From positions 17,360,001 to 17,424,000 of the forward strand of contig JBHGNT010000009.1 in assembly GCA_043228905.1 (NCBI GenBank): a stretch of 64,000 nt of DNA, given 5' to 3'. Position numbers and translations under genes: made by a program. The notes below the pieces were generated by a model. It was given only the letters and a program-made list of their open reading frames with translations. It was not told the DNA's origin and did no database searches. This DNA comes from Azolla caroliniana (taxonomy: Eukaryota > Plantae > Polypodiophyta). Positions 38,949-51,806 of the stretch are shown here, one piece after another; position 1 is the stretch's first letter, and every line of letters starts with the position of its first letter.

Positions 38949-40107
38949 ATGGCCACTATTAGCGCTGAAGAATATCAATCTGTTTTCTCGGAATTTCAAT
39001 GCTTGAAAGAGAAGTTCCATGCTTTGGAACAAGAAAACCAACGGTTGCTGGGGGATCTTCAACAAATCTCCTTAGAAAAGCAGCAAACGCAACAACAGCA
39101 TGGGGAACTTGCGTTACGCGTGCAACAACTCGAAGCAACCATCGTAGCGATGCAACAACAAGGGCCCGGAACACAAGGGATTCATAAAGAACCCAAGATT
39201 GGCCTTCCCACGAAGTTCGATGGAACGCGATCGCAGTTTAGAGGGTTCCTTAACCAGGTACGATTAGTTATTCAAATGCATCCTTCCCGGTATCCCACCG
39301 ATGCATCACGAGTGGGTTTAGTAGGCACTTTGTTAAGTGGCTCAACGTTGGCATGGTTCGCTCCACTATTAGAAAAGGAATCCCCGTTACTCAATAATTT
39401 TGAAGAGTTTCTAGGTGAGTTTAAAGCATGTTTCGGAGATACTGACAGCATCAGGACCGCAATCAACAAAATTCGGCGATTACGCCAAGGTGACCGTCCA
39501 GCCTCCACATATGCTGCAGATTTTCGCCTACTCGCCGCTGATATCCCTTGGGATGATCAAGCGTTGATGGAGCAATTCCGTTATGGTTTATGCAACGACA
39601 TCAAGGATTTACTCTTGACCTTCCCCGAAGAGCCAAAGTCCTTAACAGAAGCAATCAATCGCGCGGTGAGATGTGACAACCGCCTCTTTGAGCGATGTTC
39701 GGAACGACAACTACAGATGCCGAGGGCAAGATCAGAGCCCACCTACGCCTCAGTGGTAGCAAGACCTTTTCCGAGGGAGCCATATAATGCGCCTCCAGCG
39801 AATACTCCGACTCCGATGGAGATTGACACTACACGTCGTCGAGGGCCATTATCCGAAGAAGAAAAGCAGCGACGCCGTACAAATCGACTATGTCTTTACT
39901 GCGGTGGACCAGGACATATTGCAAATTGCAATAAATTGCCCCCATAGGCCAAGAAGACAGGTAAACCAAATATTTGCTAGTTCTAATTGTACTAAACCTG
40001 AGCCTATTTCAGTAGGGATATCTGATAGTCCTAATAGTACTAATAGCCCAGATCTAACAAACAGATTTGATGTCCTTAGTCAGTTAGAAGAAGAGTTAAA
40101 CGACTAA
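38949..40107 (+). pseudogene. gag with CCHC knuckle (frameshift near 39925)
   Basis: PTKFDG...LRQG...F..GL and CLYCGGPGH. Confidence 0.9.
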
Positions 40108-43100
40108 GTCCAACCAAAATAGGAGCCGTTTGGTTGGACAACCCTAGATCTGTGCAGCCCATTAGTGGTTTCATTCCCTCTAAGCAAGTTAGTGATGTGT
40201 TCGTAGCCCAAGTAATAATTAGTACTAAAAGTACCCCTCCAGTACATGTCCTAGCACTCCTAGATTCCAGAGCTAACTCTTGCTGTATGGATAAGAAATT
40301 TGCTCAAGCTCATAAGATATCCCTAAGAAAACTCCAGTGTCCAGCCTCTGTAGTAGTCATTGATGGACGTCCCATTGCTTCCGGAAATATCATAGAAGAG
40401 TCAGAGCCCATTAATATTGTCCTAGATAACTTAGCATGTGTAGTATCATTTAATATTATTAGTATCCCAAAACATCCCATAGTCTTAGGATTACCGTGGT
40501 TCGAGTTACATAACCCAGACATAGATTGGAGAACAAGAGAAATCCGGTGTCGACAAACCCAAGGGTCAACTCAGAAGATGGCAACCATTTCGCTACGTCA
40601 GTTGTGTAAAGAAGGGCACAAGGAGGAAATGTTCCTCTTTGCAATATTAGTAAACCCCTCCAGCACCACTAAAGAAGGATCCACCGTTCAACTTCCCGAG
40701 AAGTATCGTCATTACGCCGATGTGTTCGATAAAGTACAAGCCAACACACTTCCTCATCATCGACCGTACGATTGCCCCATCGATTTACAACTGGGAAAAG
40801 AGCCACCATGGGGACCGATCTACAATTTGTCACCAACCGAGCTGGAAGTCCTTTGGGCCTATATAGAGGAGAATTTGGAAAATGGTTTCATCCGGCATTC
40901 GAAATCTCCAGCCGGCGCGCCCATTTTCTTCGTCAAGAAAAAGGATGGATCGCATCGTCTTGTTGTAGATTACCGTGGCCTGAATAAGGTTACAATCAGG
41001 AATAGGTATGCTCTTCCCCTTATCTCAAGTCTTTTAGAACGGATCAATGGTGCCAGGTTCTTCACGAAGATCGACTTACGGGGAGCATATAACCTCGTAC
41101 GGATCCGACCAGGAGACGAATGGAAGACCGCGTTTTGCACCAGATATGGGCACTTCGAGTATACTGTCATGCTGTTCGGCCTCACTAATGCACCGGCAGT
41201 CTTCCAGCACATGGCTAATGATATATTTCGAGATCTATTGGATGATTGTTTGATCATCTATTTGGATGATCTACTGGTTTATTCAAAGACCCAAGAAGAA
41301 CATGATTCTCATGTACTATTTGTACTAAAAAGACTTCGAGAACATGGTCTGTATGCAAAGCTGGAAAAATGTAGTTTCGGGTGCAACCAAGTGGAATTTC
41401 TCGGCTACATCATTTCGTCTGAAGGCATCTCCATGGACCCAGCTAAGGTCAAAACGGTGGTAGAATGGCAGACTCCACGTTCGGTGCGGGATGTGCAATG
41501 CTTCCTAGGCTTTGCCAATTTTTACCGGAAGTTCATACAAGATTACTCAAAGATCATTCTACCTCTCACACAACTTACCAGGAAGGGACAATCGTTCATT
41601 TGGTCTGAAGAAACGGACGTGGCTTTTGAGAGTCTTAAAAAGGCATTTACATCGGCTCCAATTCTAGCTCATGTCGATCCGGAAAAACCATTTATTATCG
41701 AAGCTGACACATCGGATTTTGCATTGGGGAGCATTCTGTCACAACAAGGGAATGATGAGAAGCTACATCCTGTGGCTTTTCACTCACGCAAGTTTGACGC
41801 CGCCGAAATCAACTACGAAATTCATGATAAGGAGCTATTGGCAATAGTGGATTCTTTTATGCAATGGAGGCATTTTCTAGAGGGATCCTCTCATCCGGTC
41901 ACTGTATTTAGTGACCACAAGAACCTTGCCTACTTTCAGGATGCTCGTGTGTCCAATCGACGTCAAGCTCGGTGGGCCCACTTCCTCACGCGTTTCGACT
42001 TCAAAATTACATATTGTTCGGGGAAGCACCAAGGGAAGGCCGATGCATTATCATGACGTTCGTACCTAGCACCCCGTCCCGGCGAGCCAGCTTTCGATAA
42101 CCAAAAACAAGTCATCTTGGGACCGGCACGACTACAAGCAACAAAGATCTTTGACATGCCCATGGATTCCCGCGTTATCGATACCATACGTGAAGACTTG
42201 AAGACAGATGCATTCGCCCAAGCTATACTAGCACAAATTAATCCCTCTCGAGCGTCGTGTTCATAGTCGCAACCACCAGGTACGGACTATCGGCAATTCA
42301 AATACCATGATGGATTACTCTTCTTTAAAGAACTTTTGTATGTTCCTAATGGTTCTTGCCGCCTTCAAGTAGTACAAAATTGTCATGACACATATACAGC
42401 TGGGCATTTTGGTAGTACTAAAACACTACATTTAGTACAACGATCATTCTGGTGGCCCTGTATGCGACAATTTGTCGAGGATTTTGTTCGGACTTGTGAT
42501 ACATGCTGCAGAGCGAAAATGCCAAGGCATCATCCATATGGTTTATGAGAACCATTACCAATTCCAAGCAAGCCGTGGCAATCCATTGCTCTAGACTTCA
42601 TCACAGATCTTCCAGTCTCTAAGGGGTTCAATGCGATTCTAACGGTGGTTGATCGATATACGAAGATGGCTCATTTCTTGCCATGTACTAAGGAGATCTC
42701 CAGTGAAGACACTGCCAAAATTGTCATGCGTGAAGTATGTCGGCATCATGGACTTCCCGATAGTATCATCAGCGACCGTGGACCCCAGTTCGTGTCAAAA
42801 TTCTGGAAGCACCTTTTTAACATGCTCAAGGTCACTTGTAACCTCTCCTCCGGCTACCACCCACAAACCGACGGCCAAGCCGAACGAACGAATCAAACGC
42901 TGGAGCAGTATCTGCGGTGCTTTCTCAGCTATCATCAGGATGACTGGGCAGATATTCTCCACTTTGCCGAATTTGCCTATAACAACTCTATCCACGCATC
43001 CACGAAAGTTACGCCATTTTATGCTTATACGGGATGTCACCCCCGGTGGTGTGTACTTGAAACCCTAGAGGTGTCCACAAATCCTTGCGCAGAGGATCGT

Positions 43101-43691
43101 TTAGAGAGGTTACGCAAGATACAAGAGAATTTATCTACTCATCTCCAACAAGCTCAACAAACACACAAGGTTTATGCGGATCGTCATCGACTCCCATCTA
43201 GTTTTAACATTGGAGATTGGGTATGGCTACTCCGACGACACATTAAGACTACTCGCCCATGCGAGAAGTTGGATTATCGGCGATTAGGTCCTTTACGTAT
43301 TATCGGAAAGATTAATGATGTCGCTTTTCGTCTTGATCTACCTCCACAACTTCGGATACATCCGGTGTTTCATAGTTCTCTCCTCGAACCCTATCAAGAA
43401 AGCACCATCCCAGGACGTATTACACAGCCTCCACCCTCGATCGAGCTTGAAGATGGATCTGAGTACGAGGTTGCCGCCATCCTTGATTCCAAGCTTGTTC
43501 GCAACAAGCTCTACTATCTAGTTGACTGGCTAGGATATAGTCCCAGCGAGCGTACTTGGGAATCGATAGAGAATGTCACCAATGCTCGTGCTCTTCTTGA
43601 AGACTTCCATCGTCAATATCCAGATAAACCGGGTCCTCAATCCAAAACGACTCGTTACACTCGTCGTTTTAAAGGGGGGATAGTGTCATGA
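40080..43691 (+). pseudogene. pol: protease, RT, RNase H, integrase, chromodomain (a few in-frame stops)
   Basis: LLDS, YLDDLLVY, RNase H EADTSD, HHCC plus SDRG/QTDGQAER, GPY/F, and chromodomain YEVAAILD...YLVDWLGY...TWE. Confidence 0.95.
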
Positions 43692-43976
43692 TATGGCAAG
43701 ACTCGAACCCATGACCTTATATTACATGGGTCAAGCTCTCGACCATTAGACTATACATTGTAATACATAGAATATTATTTTCATTTATGTTTTATTATAG
43801 AAAATTGATGTATATTCCAGATTTCTCCGGAACATTCTAGAAACTTCAGGAGTATTCCTTAGAACACTATAAAAGGAGGCAGAAGGCATTATTTCGAACC
43901 AAATCGGTTCAACGCCAGTCTTAAGCCTCCTAGCTACTGTACATTTTCTTCACATAATATATATCTTTTCTTATCA

Positions 43977-44018
<42 letters not shown>

Positions 44019-47000
44019 CCTCTCACTCACTCTTTCCTTCTCTCGAGAGTTCTTCACCTCTCTTAGTACTAATACTTCTTTTAGTACTAATTCCTTCTCT
44101 GTCTTAGTACTGTTCCTGACAGAACGTTTATAGACTTGATCATGTTTTCTATTTCATGCATTAGCACTTCTAGAATTTTACGAACCCAAAATTGGTGGCC
44201 ATGTGAGTTCTCATCAGCCAGCATTGTAATCAACATCCCCGCCACGAGCTCTTACAAATTGCCTTGCCATCTAGCTTTGGCTGCTTTGGTCATCCTTGGT
44301 CCCACATAAATGTCTCTATGTTGTGGATGGACCAAACTGTCATTAATCGCATTTGTTGGTTGCTCCAGAGTTTTATTTACACGATCATGTTATAACGACC
44401 ATGTGAATGGCGTTTTCAAATTCCAATTATCACCAAATACACAATTGTCTATAATTCCTTTCTGATCACTAAAAAATACATCCCACCATGACGTGTCTTG
44501 TTGTGCGGCATATTTCTTTGCGGCCTCAATATGCTTTCTTTTTTCTTCTAAGGCTTGGAGCCATAATTGTTTTTGTTTTGATACCAAGTCACTATGCAAC
44601 TGTCCTTTCTTCTTAATTAGCATTTGTTTAGCCCCATGGACAATTGTACTTGGCATACAAAGTAATAACTGGCAACCACCTTCATGTTTCCATGTTGTAG
44701 AAGATGGATATTGTTTAGCATACAAAAGCGTAGAACTACTTATTTCATTTTTCTTTATCATAAAAATGTGATTGAAGCTCATATTGTTTAACTAGGCGAG
44801 CACTTTAACATTCCCAACACCCCCATCTAATATATATCTCTTAAAGTCATATACCTCCTTCAAGTGTAACACTTTTGGGCGTGGTGTATATGCATCACAA
44901 ATGACATCAAATAGTTTTGGTAATGTGAAAGCATCATGCCGAGACAAATGTTTAGAGAATGTGCTAAACATATGATCTATATGATAATGTGTGTGGCCAA
45001 CCAAAAGAAAATTGACTTTCACTTTTCTAAACAATCCTTGGTTGACCAACATACTTAGATAGCCAAACACAGTTGAATTTTTGTTCTCTCTAGCAGTATT
45101 GTCCAATTGAATGTATAGAACAGTGGGGAATGGTTGGCCCCAAGACATTAAAACTCGGTGAATCACTGTAACTGTTAGGTTAGGGTCATTGTGAACATTG
45201 GGGTATGTAATGAAGACGTGAGGTCCAACAGACCTATTATAAGACAAGCATCCCACCAAGTGCATTTGAACAAGGCACTCATCATTGATGTCTTTGGGGA
45301 GCCTCTGCATATGCAGCAAGCACGTCTTCTTCTGGTCCATGCTATATATCATTAAGCACATGTATTGTTTGGGCCTCTTCAAACACTTCTCTCTATGATG
45401 CATCGCCTTCTTTCGTTCTAACGATTGTCCCTCATGATGCTCCTGTAGTAACTTCTTACTCATATCCTTTTCCATTGATGTCTTTGCACCTTTAGCCAAA
45501 CTTTTAAGATTTGCACAAATGGAGCAATACCCCATGCGTACTTTACGCGGAATGATAACATTTGAAACCCGAGCTCTCCATAATCTTGTGAATTGGCTAT
45601 ATGGGACATATTTATTACTTGAGCCCACTATATCTGATTGATAGAGGTCATAAACTTCCTGACGTGTGTAATTATCAGAGAGGTGCATCCTACCTGTAGT
45701 GGACATTACTTCACAATTTAGCTGAAAGTAACTTTTCATCCAACCAATAGCATGTCTTCCAATTGCACCTTTCATACTTGGAACCTCTTTACAATTGAGC
45801 ATCCGATCCTTGCTAAGTAGACATTGTTGTACTCTATGTAGCCGCATGTTACTAACACATAACGCAATTTTGAAGGTAACTCTACAGATCTATTGCGCAT
45901 GGAAGATATAATACTTGAATGATACTTTGATCCCCGTACATTTGTCAGACACTAGTTGCATATGTGACCCGAGGTAAGTGTCTTGCTCATCACCAATCAT
46001 CGAAAAATAGTATCGCTTTAATTCTCGCAACTTTGATTTTCCAATCATAGACATACAACCACGAGCACAACATATTTTGTTGACATCAAATCCAATATGC
46101 TTATTTGATGTCACCAAGTTAAATCTAGCCAAGTCTGTTGACAGACAATACTCTTCGGTAAATTCAAACGAAGAGTCTGATGACAAACAATATTCTTCAA
46201 TCAAGAATGGTGAGTCTTCACTCATGGCTTAAGGTCCACACAGAGCTCTTCAAGTTATGTGCTGGGGCTAATATAAAAAATGATAAACTCCTCTCTAAAC
46301 ATAAGCTCCCTCAATATAATGTCTATATTAGTTAATATTATATTAATATAATAAAGAAAGATATTATTTTTAATATAATAAATTTATTCAACATATTAAT
46401 AATTACTTAAACTACTCAGTATAAAGTCCATCAATTATATTTTATACCTTATTAATCCTATAATATATAATTTAAATTAAATTTACTTTAGCCATCAAGT
46501 ATAATATATTTACAATCATTACCAAGCCATATATATGTTGGTTTAAAGTTACAATCATTGGTTCATTCATGGCCACATCTTTAATACAAAACATTAGAGA
46601 GTCATAAAAATGTTGCTTTGAGTATTCAATCATTGGTTCATTCATGAACCTCTATCACTGTTTTGTTTATGACCTTCAAAGGCAATCAAAAATATAAAAT
46701 AATCATTAATATGTTAGTTTGAGTATTTAATCATTGATTCATTCATAAGCATCATTTAATTAAAATCCATTCGAGAGTCATTGGTACATTCAAGATTATG
46801 TACTAAATAAAGTGTCCTAAGGTCAAAGAAACTCTTTCTTAGGTCTAACTAACTAACCTTAAGCTTACCAACCTTGGTTAAAGTAACTGTGGTTACTTTA
46901 ACCACAGTGGTCAATCCCTATAAATAAGAAGACCCCCTCATTTCGCAATCACTCACACGCAGAACAGAGCACACGAGCAGACAGAACAGACAGAGCACAA

Positions 47001-47060
47001 ACAACCCAGAGCACGCAACACCAAATTGTCATCTCTCCGTAAGCATCGAGGACGAGAATC

Positions 47061-50000
47061 ATGTCTTCGAAGAAGAGCGAGCGCCAAGAATCCAGGTAAG
47101 CGCTTGACAGTACGAACATTTTTGTAAATATGTTTTAGCACTCAAGAACTCGATATGGCATATCGAGTTCCTGTTTCAATCCCCCACTTTATACAGGAAC
47201 TCGATACGCTGTATCGAGTTCCTGTTTAAAGTTTGTGTTTTATACATGAACTCGATATGGCGTATCGAGTTCTTGTATAAAACACAAACTTTATACAGGA
47301 ATATTGTCTTTGGGGGAACATATTGATATATGTGTGAAAAGATACCAAATTTATGTCCAATTCAGACTTTTTTAGTGACATTTGCTACATTTTGTAATGT
47401 TTAGCGCCCTTATTGAAACAAATTTTATGACCTATAATAGCTTAAAAAAATAGAAAATAACCCACGAATTACCTTTATGATACCAAATTCAAATCTATTG
47501 TATTAAAATTCTCAACAATATGGGATATGGAATCAATATAAACCATACCTACCCTCCAATATGATACATATCCTTGTAAAATTATTAAGATATATAATAT
47601 TTGAAGTTTAATAGCCCTTACTAGATTTAAATTTACAATAAAGGTCTATCATGTTCACAGAAAGTATGATTGATATTTAGAGTTTAGCACAAATCGCTTG
47701 CTAGTTTTTGTCTTGGTCTGCTTATGTATATTTTAATATGCAACCTTAATCTAGGCAACCAAATAACTTATCTTTTCACACGTCCTTTCTTAAATAGGTC
47801 GTTTGAGAACTTGTCGGACCGACTTGTGAAGAAAATAAAGCTCCGAATTCAGGGTTCTCCAATTGAGACCTAGAAACAAATAGTTCCTAAGAACATGAAG
47901 AGAGGAAAAAAACTTCTCTTCAACGAGGAGACAAAATCTCAACCATAAGACGGAATTAGCCAAAAGGAAATGTTAGCTGCTAATGGTGGTGAGGACCTTC
48001 CTGACCGTGATCTAATGGACAAGGAATGGTGTATGCAGTACGTCGACTCCAAGAAAAAAGTCGTGCAGTATACGACAAAGAAGAAGGGCGACGGTCAGCT
48101 TGAAAATGATATTGCATTTATGTATGGCCGTATTTTACGATTTGACTACAAAGATTTAGATTCAGCCAACATTCTTGTAATGATAGAGTGCTCGAAGGGG
48201 GTACGTAAAGTGTACCTTTCTAAAGATCGATTAGTAAAGGAATCTTGTGGGCCAGAATCTTTTAAAAAAGATCTACAAAGCTCACAAAACCTTATTGTCA
48301 CCTTGAAGCCTTATATACAAGGCCATGTAACTCTAAGGGAGCCCTTTCCCTCCCCGGTGAAGGCCCCAAAAAGGGCATCTAAAGTGCAATCAAGACCAGC
48401 AAAAAAGAAGACCACTAAAATGTTGGACTCCAACTCATCAAGCTCAACCAAAGATGAGGACACTAAGGGGATGCTAGGTGCTGAGCTGGCATCTGGTGTG
48501 CTGTCATTCGAGCATAATAAGATATAGAAAGAGTTAATGCAGCGCAAACTGGTGAGAAAAGGGCAAGTGTTTAATTTGCCTATAGCACACATCCATCAGC
48601 CCCCAATAGATGTAAAAATAGGACGAAGACCACTTGAGATCAGAGAGCCACACCGAATGCATGTTCAAAATCTCAAGAAAAAAATGAAAATAAATCCGCA
48701 TGCTACAGTTGTGCCTTTCATTGTGATGGTAGATCCCGAAAAATGTTCCACAACTGAGGACTTCAACGTGAGAAAGCATGATCAATATAATTACTTTGTA
48801 ATTGGTGGATCACATTCGGTTGAAGCACACCGACAACTTGTTAGAGAGCAACCAACAACTTTGTTCTTCAAGTATGCCGAGTGCAAAATATACGTGGGCC
48901 TCACAACTAAAGAGGCAAAGCTTTTGGCATGGGACCACAACAACGAGAATGACTATAGGCAGAAAATTTCGTCTATTGAACGGATAATGTTCTTCCACCA
49001 TGAATACCTAGACGTCAAACAAAAGTTTGGTGTGAAGCTACACCCTAGCCTATGACGTCAATGCCTTCATGAGGTTGGCATTGTGGTGGATGATAATGTT
49101 AAGTTAGATGGTCTTCGGAAATATGAGTCCTGGTTTCAACTTGCCTTTAGAGATGGAGAAGTATGGGACCTACAAGCTCAAATCTTCTCAATGTGGGAGA
49201 ATAAGTAGGTCAAGGGTCAACGACAAAAGAAATGTAAGGTAGACCCTCAGCTAGAATTAAAGTCACAAGCGGCCAATAAAATTGATTTGACAATTGAAGA
49301 AGCGGTTGACGACATGAAGCTGTCTCTATGGAGAGCGATGCAAGGTATTAAGGACGAGCAACTTCTTGTGTCTATTTTGTCAAGGGTTGTGGCGAAAGAA
49401 TTAAGCCTTGAAGAAATGGTCACTGAGTTTAATAAGTAAGTCTTTCAAATAGTGATATTGAATTCAATATGGTGCAATTGAAAGTTCTAATCTCGTTTTC
49501 TACTTTCACAGTCATAAGGTGTACATGAAGATCCAAGAAATTATGATGAAACAACTTGGATGTATAACTTGGGAACAAGTGGCCGAGGATTATCGTCTAA
49601 CGTCTTCATATAAGGCGTTATCCGAGTATTTTATTGCATTCATGGATTGGGTTAGTATTGGTGTTTTTCATTAAGGTTTCCTCATATGTAGAGGTTGTGT
49701 AATAATACTTGATGTCTTATTGCTTCTATTAGAAACCGTGTCGTGGCAAGAAACAAGGAGACGACATCCTTCCTTGCACATCTCGAGAGAGCCAGAAAAG
49801 AAAAGGATCGTCGCTTAGTCAAGGTGTACGAAATTGAGGAAGATGGCTCCAAAAAATTTGGCCATAAAAAGGACATTACTAGAGATCTTTACTACAACGT
49901 GATTTGCGGTGATGTCGTTGACATGATCCAAAAAGTGCCAAAGAAGGAATATACGCTAATGATTGATGATATTCCATACAGATTTCGAATGGCAGGGTCA

Positions 50001-50998
50001 TCATACGACGATGAACCTTTTAGGTTCAAAAAATTAGAGAAGATGGTCAAGGATTTTGCTAAGCTAACAACTGCATCCTTGTGGAGGATAGTTGTCTTTC
50101 ATAGTATGGACCAAGAGTACTCGGTAACTCAAGCTTTGAGATCTCGTTGCCATGGCATTGAGAACCTTGCATGGTAAGGATTATTTATAAGTCTCATTCA
50201 CTATATTGCCTTTCTTAATATTGTTCAGTCTATTCTTAACTCGATGCAATATTTGTTATAAGATAAAAACCAATGTCAATAGAGGGCCAACCTTTCGGTT
50301 CGTAAATGCCATTGAATACATTACGGTTGGCTACTTCGATGAAATAAAGAAACAAAGAATCAAGGAGCATTCTAATGAAGTAGGAGGTTCAAATCTACTA
50401 GTATATCTAGCAGTGACACGGAAATTGCGACATGTCACCACGACAGAACAGGGACTTGTCAACCCATACCAAAAACCTCAATGACTTATGATGTGCTTGA
50501 TCGAGATGTTTTCTGTAGAAGGAGATTGGATATTAGACCTCTTTTCTGGCACAGGTATTCCTCGAACTCGGTTAACGATCTTGAGATAACCAGTACTGAT
50601 TCTTTTTTGTTTGAAAACTAATTCTTCTTGTTGCTTTCTTCATAGGGACAATGTCTGCATGTGCATTGAAGCTCTTTAGAAACATAGTTGCATTGGAGAA
50701 GGACGAGGAGCAAGTTATATTTATAAACATGAGGATTAAGGCTTTGTGGGAGTGCCCAGACCAGGACGAGGAGGTCGGTGCAAAGAACCTCGCCGATACC
50801 GAAAGGTTTCAACTTGCTTCACGAGAGCCTATTCCTTCGTTAGTCGGGGAACCGGGGGAGCTAATAGAGTTTGATGATGAGCTTATAGAAGATATTATGT
50901 TGGATCGGCTAACAGGGGAAGATAATGCATGTATAGCCGAAGAGACTTCTATAAGAGATGAAGAAGAAAATGACATTGACGATTTGATTGCTATGTAA
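47061..50998 (+). pseudogene. ParB/Srx-like plus beta-class amino-DNA methyltransferase gene, copy 2. Approximate exons: 47061-47095, 47798-49435, 49512-~49650, ~49733-50173, ~50262-50553, ~50647-50998
   Basis: Same motifs as copy 1 (VIGGSHS, DIPY, PYQKP, DWILDLFSGTG). GT-AG junctions are conserved between the copies. Several premature stops. Confidence 0.8.
47144..47300. repeat. Short version (3 units plus a remnant) of the palindrome array, in intron 1
   Basis: GAACTCGATAY-GSY-RTATCGAGTTC at about 47146, 47197 and 47248. Confidence 0.9.
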
Positions 50999-51806
50999 TA
51001 GACTCTTTTGTTGACGAAATGTTGTCGTGAAGATCCGTCACTACGCGCGGATCGTGAGGCAGAACTGCCGGGGTTCTGGACCGAAAGGACTTGAAGTTGG
51101 CGCAAGCTTTAGCGAGGAAGTACTTAAGCTAGATTGAAAGAGAGAGAGAAATTGAGATAGAATAGAACACTTGACTTTAGATTGAGAGAGATTAAGATTG
51201 AACTCTTGATTTTAGATTTTAAGAAACAAGTTACACGATCAATTCGATAACGAATTCTCTTCTTCTTAATTTCATAACAAAAAAAAAGCCTAACTCTTCT
51301 TCTTTTTCATCCCTTCTTTTATAGATGCTCTCATGCATATGATGCATGTGAGGGTACAAGACATGCATAAAATGCATGTTTGCCATTTGGCGCTCATGTA
51401 TTACATGTGGTGCATGATAACCATGTCACTCATTTTAGCTCTCATGTATGAAAATTTGCATGTAAAAGTACAATGATAGAAATATAAATTCAACTAAATG
51501 TCATGGCTTAGTGGTAAGCCTATTGACTTGTAACTATGAGGTGCAAGGTTCGAATCCTCACTTGCCCTCCTTGTGTAGTTGTTTGTTTCTCGTGTAATAA
51601 AGTGCATTTGAAAGCTCTTGAAGACCTCCATCATTTTGTACTTAGATACTTCACTATTATTGTTTTATGTGATTCATACTCGATTTTGTATGTTTTATCT
51701 GATTTTCACACTATTGCCGAAAATCTGCACGACATCCACCCCCACCAAACCGCACGTCCTCTGGTACGTGCCAAGAAGAGAGAAAGTGAGATTTCGGCTA
51801 CGGTGA

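Larger units (their letters stand above)
38450..44121 (+). mobile_element. Full-length Tcn1-like chromovirus (Ty3/gypsy); LTRs 38450-38875 and 43684-44121
   Basis: TG...CA LTRs, 5-bp TSD GAACG, PPT AAAGGGGGGATAG at 43671-43683, gag-pol with a chromodomain. Confidence 0.97.
38063..46225 (-). pseudogene. Sola1-like DDD transposase, copy 2, split by the chromovirus
   Basis: ORFs 45890-46225, 44792-45847, 44390-44782 and 38063-38311 match copy 1. Confidence 0.85.

Noticed and set aside
51504-51568. Functional tRNA gene
   Set aside because: No convincing acceptor or anticodon stems, and the anticodon differs between the two LTRs; kept only as a tRNA-like promoter.
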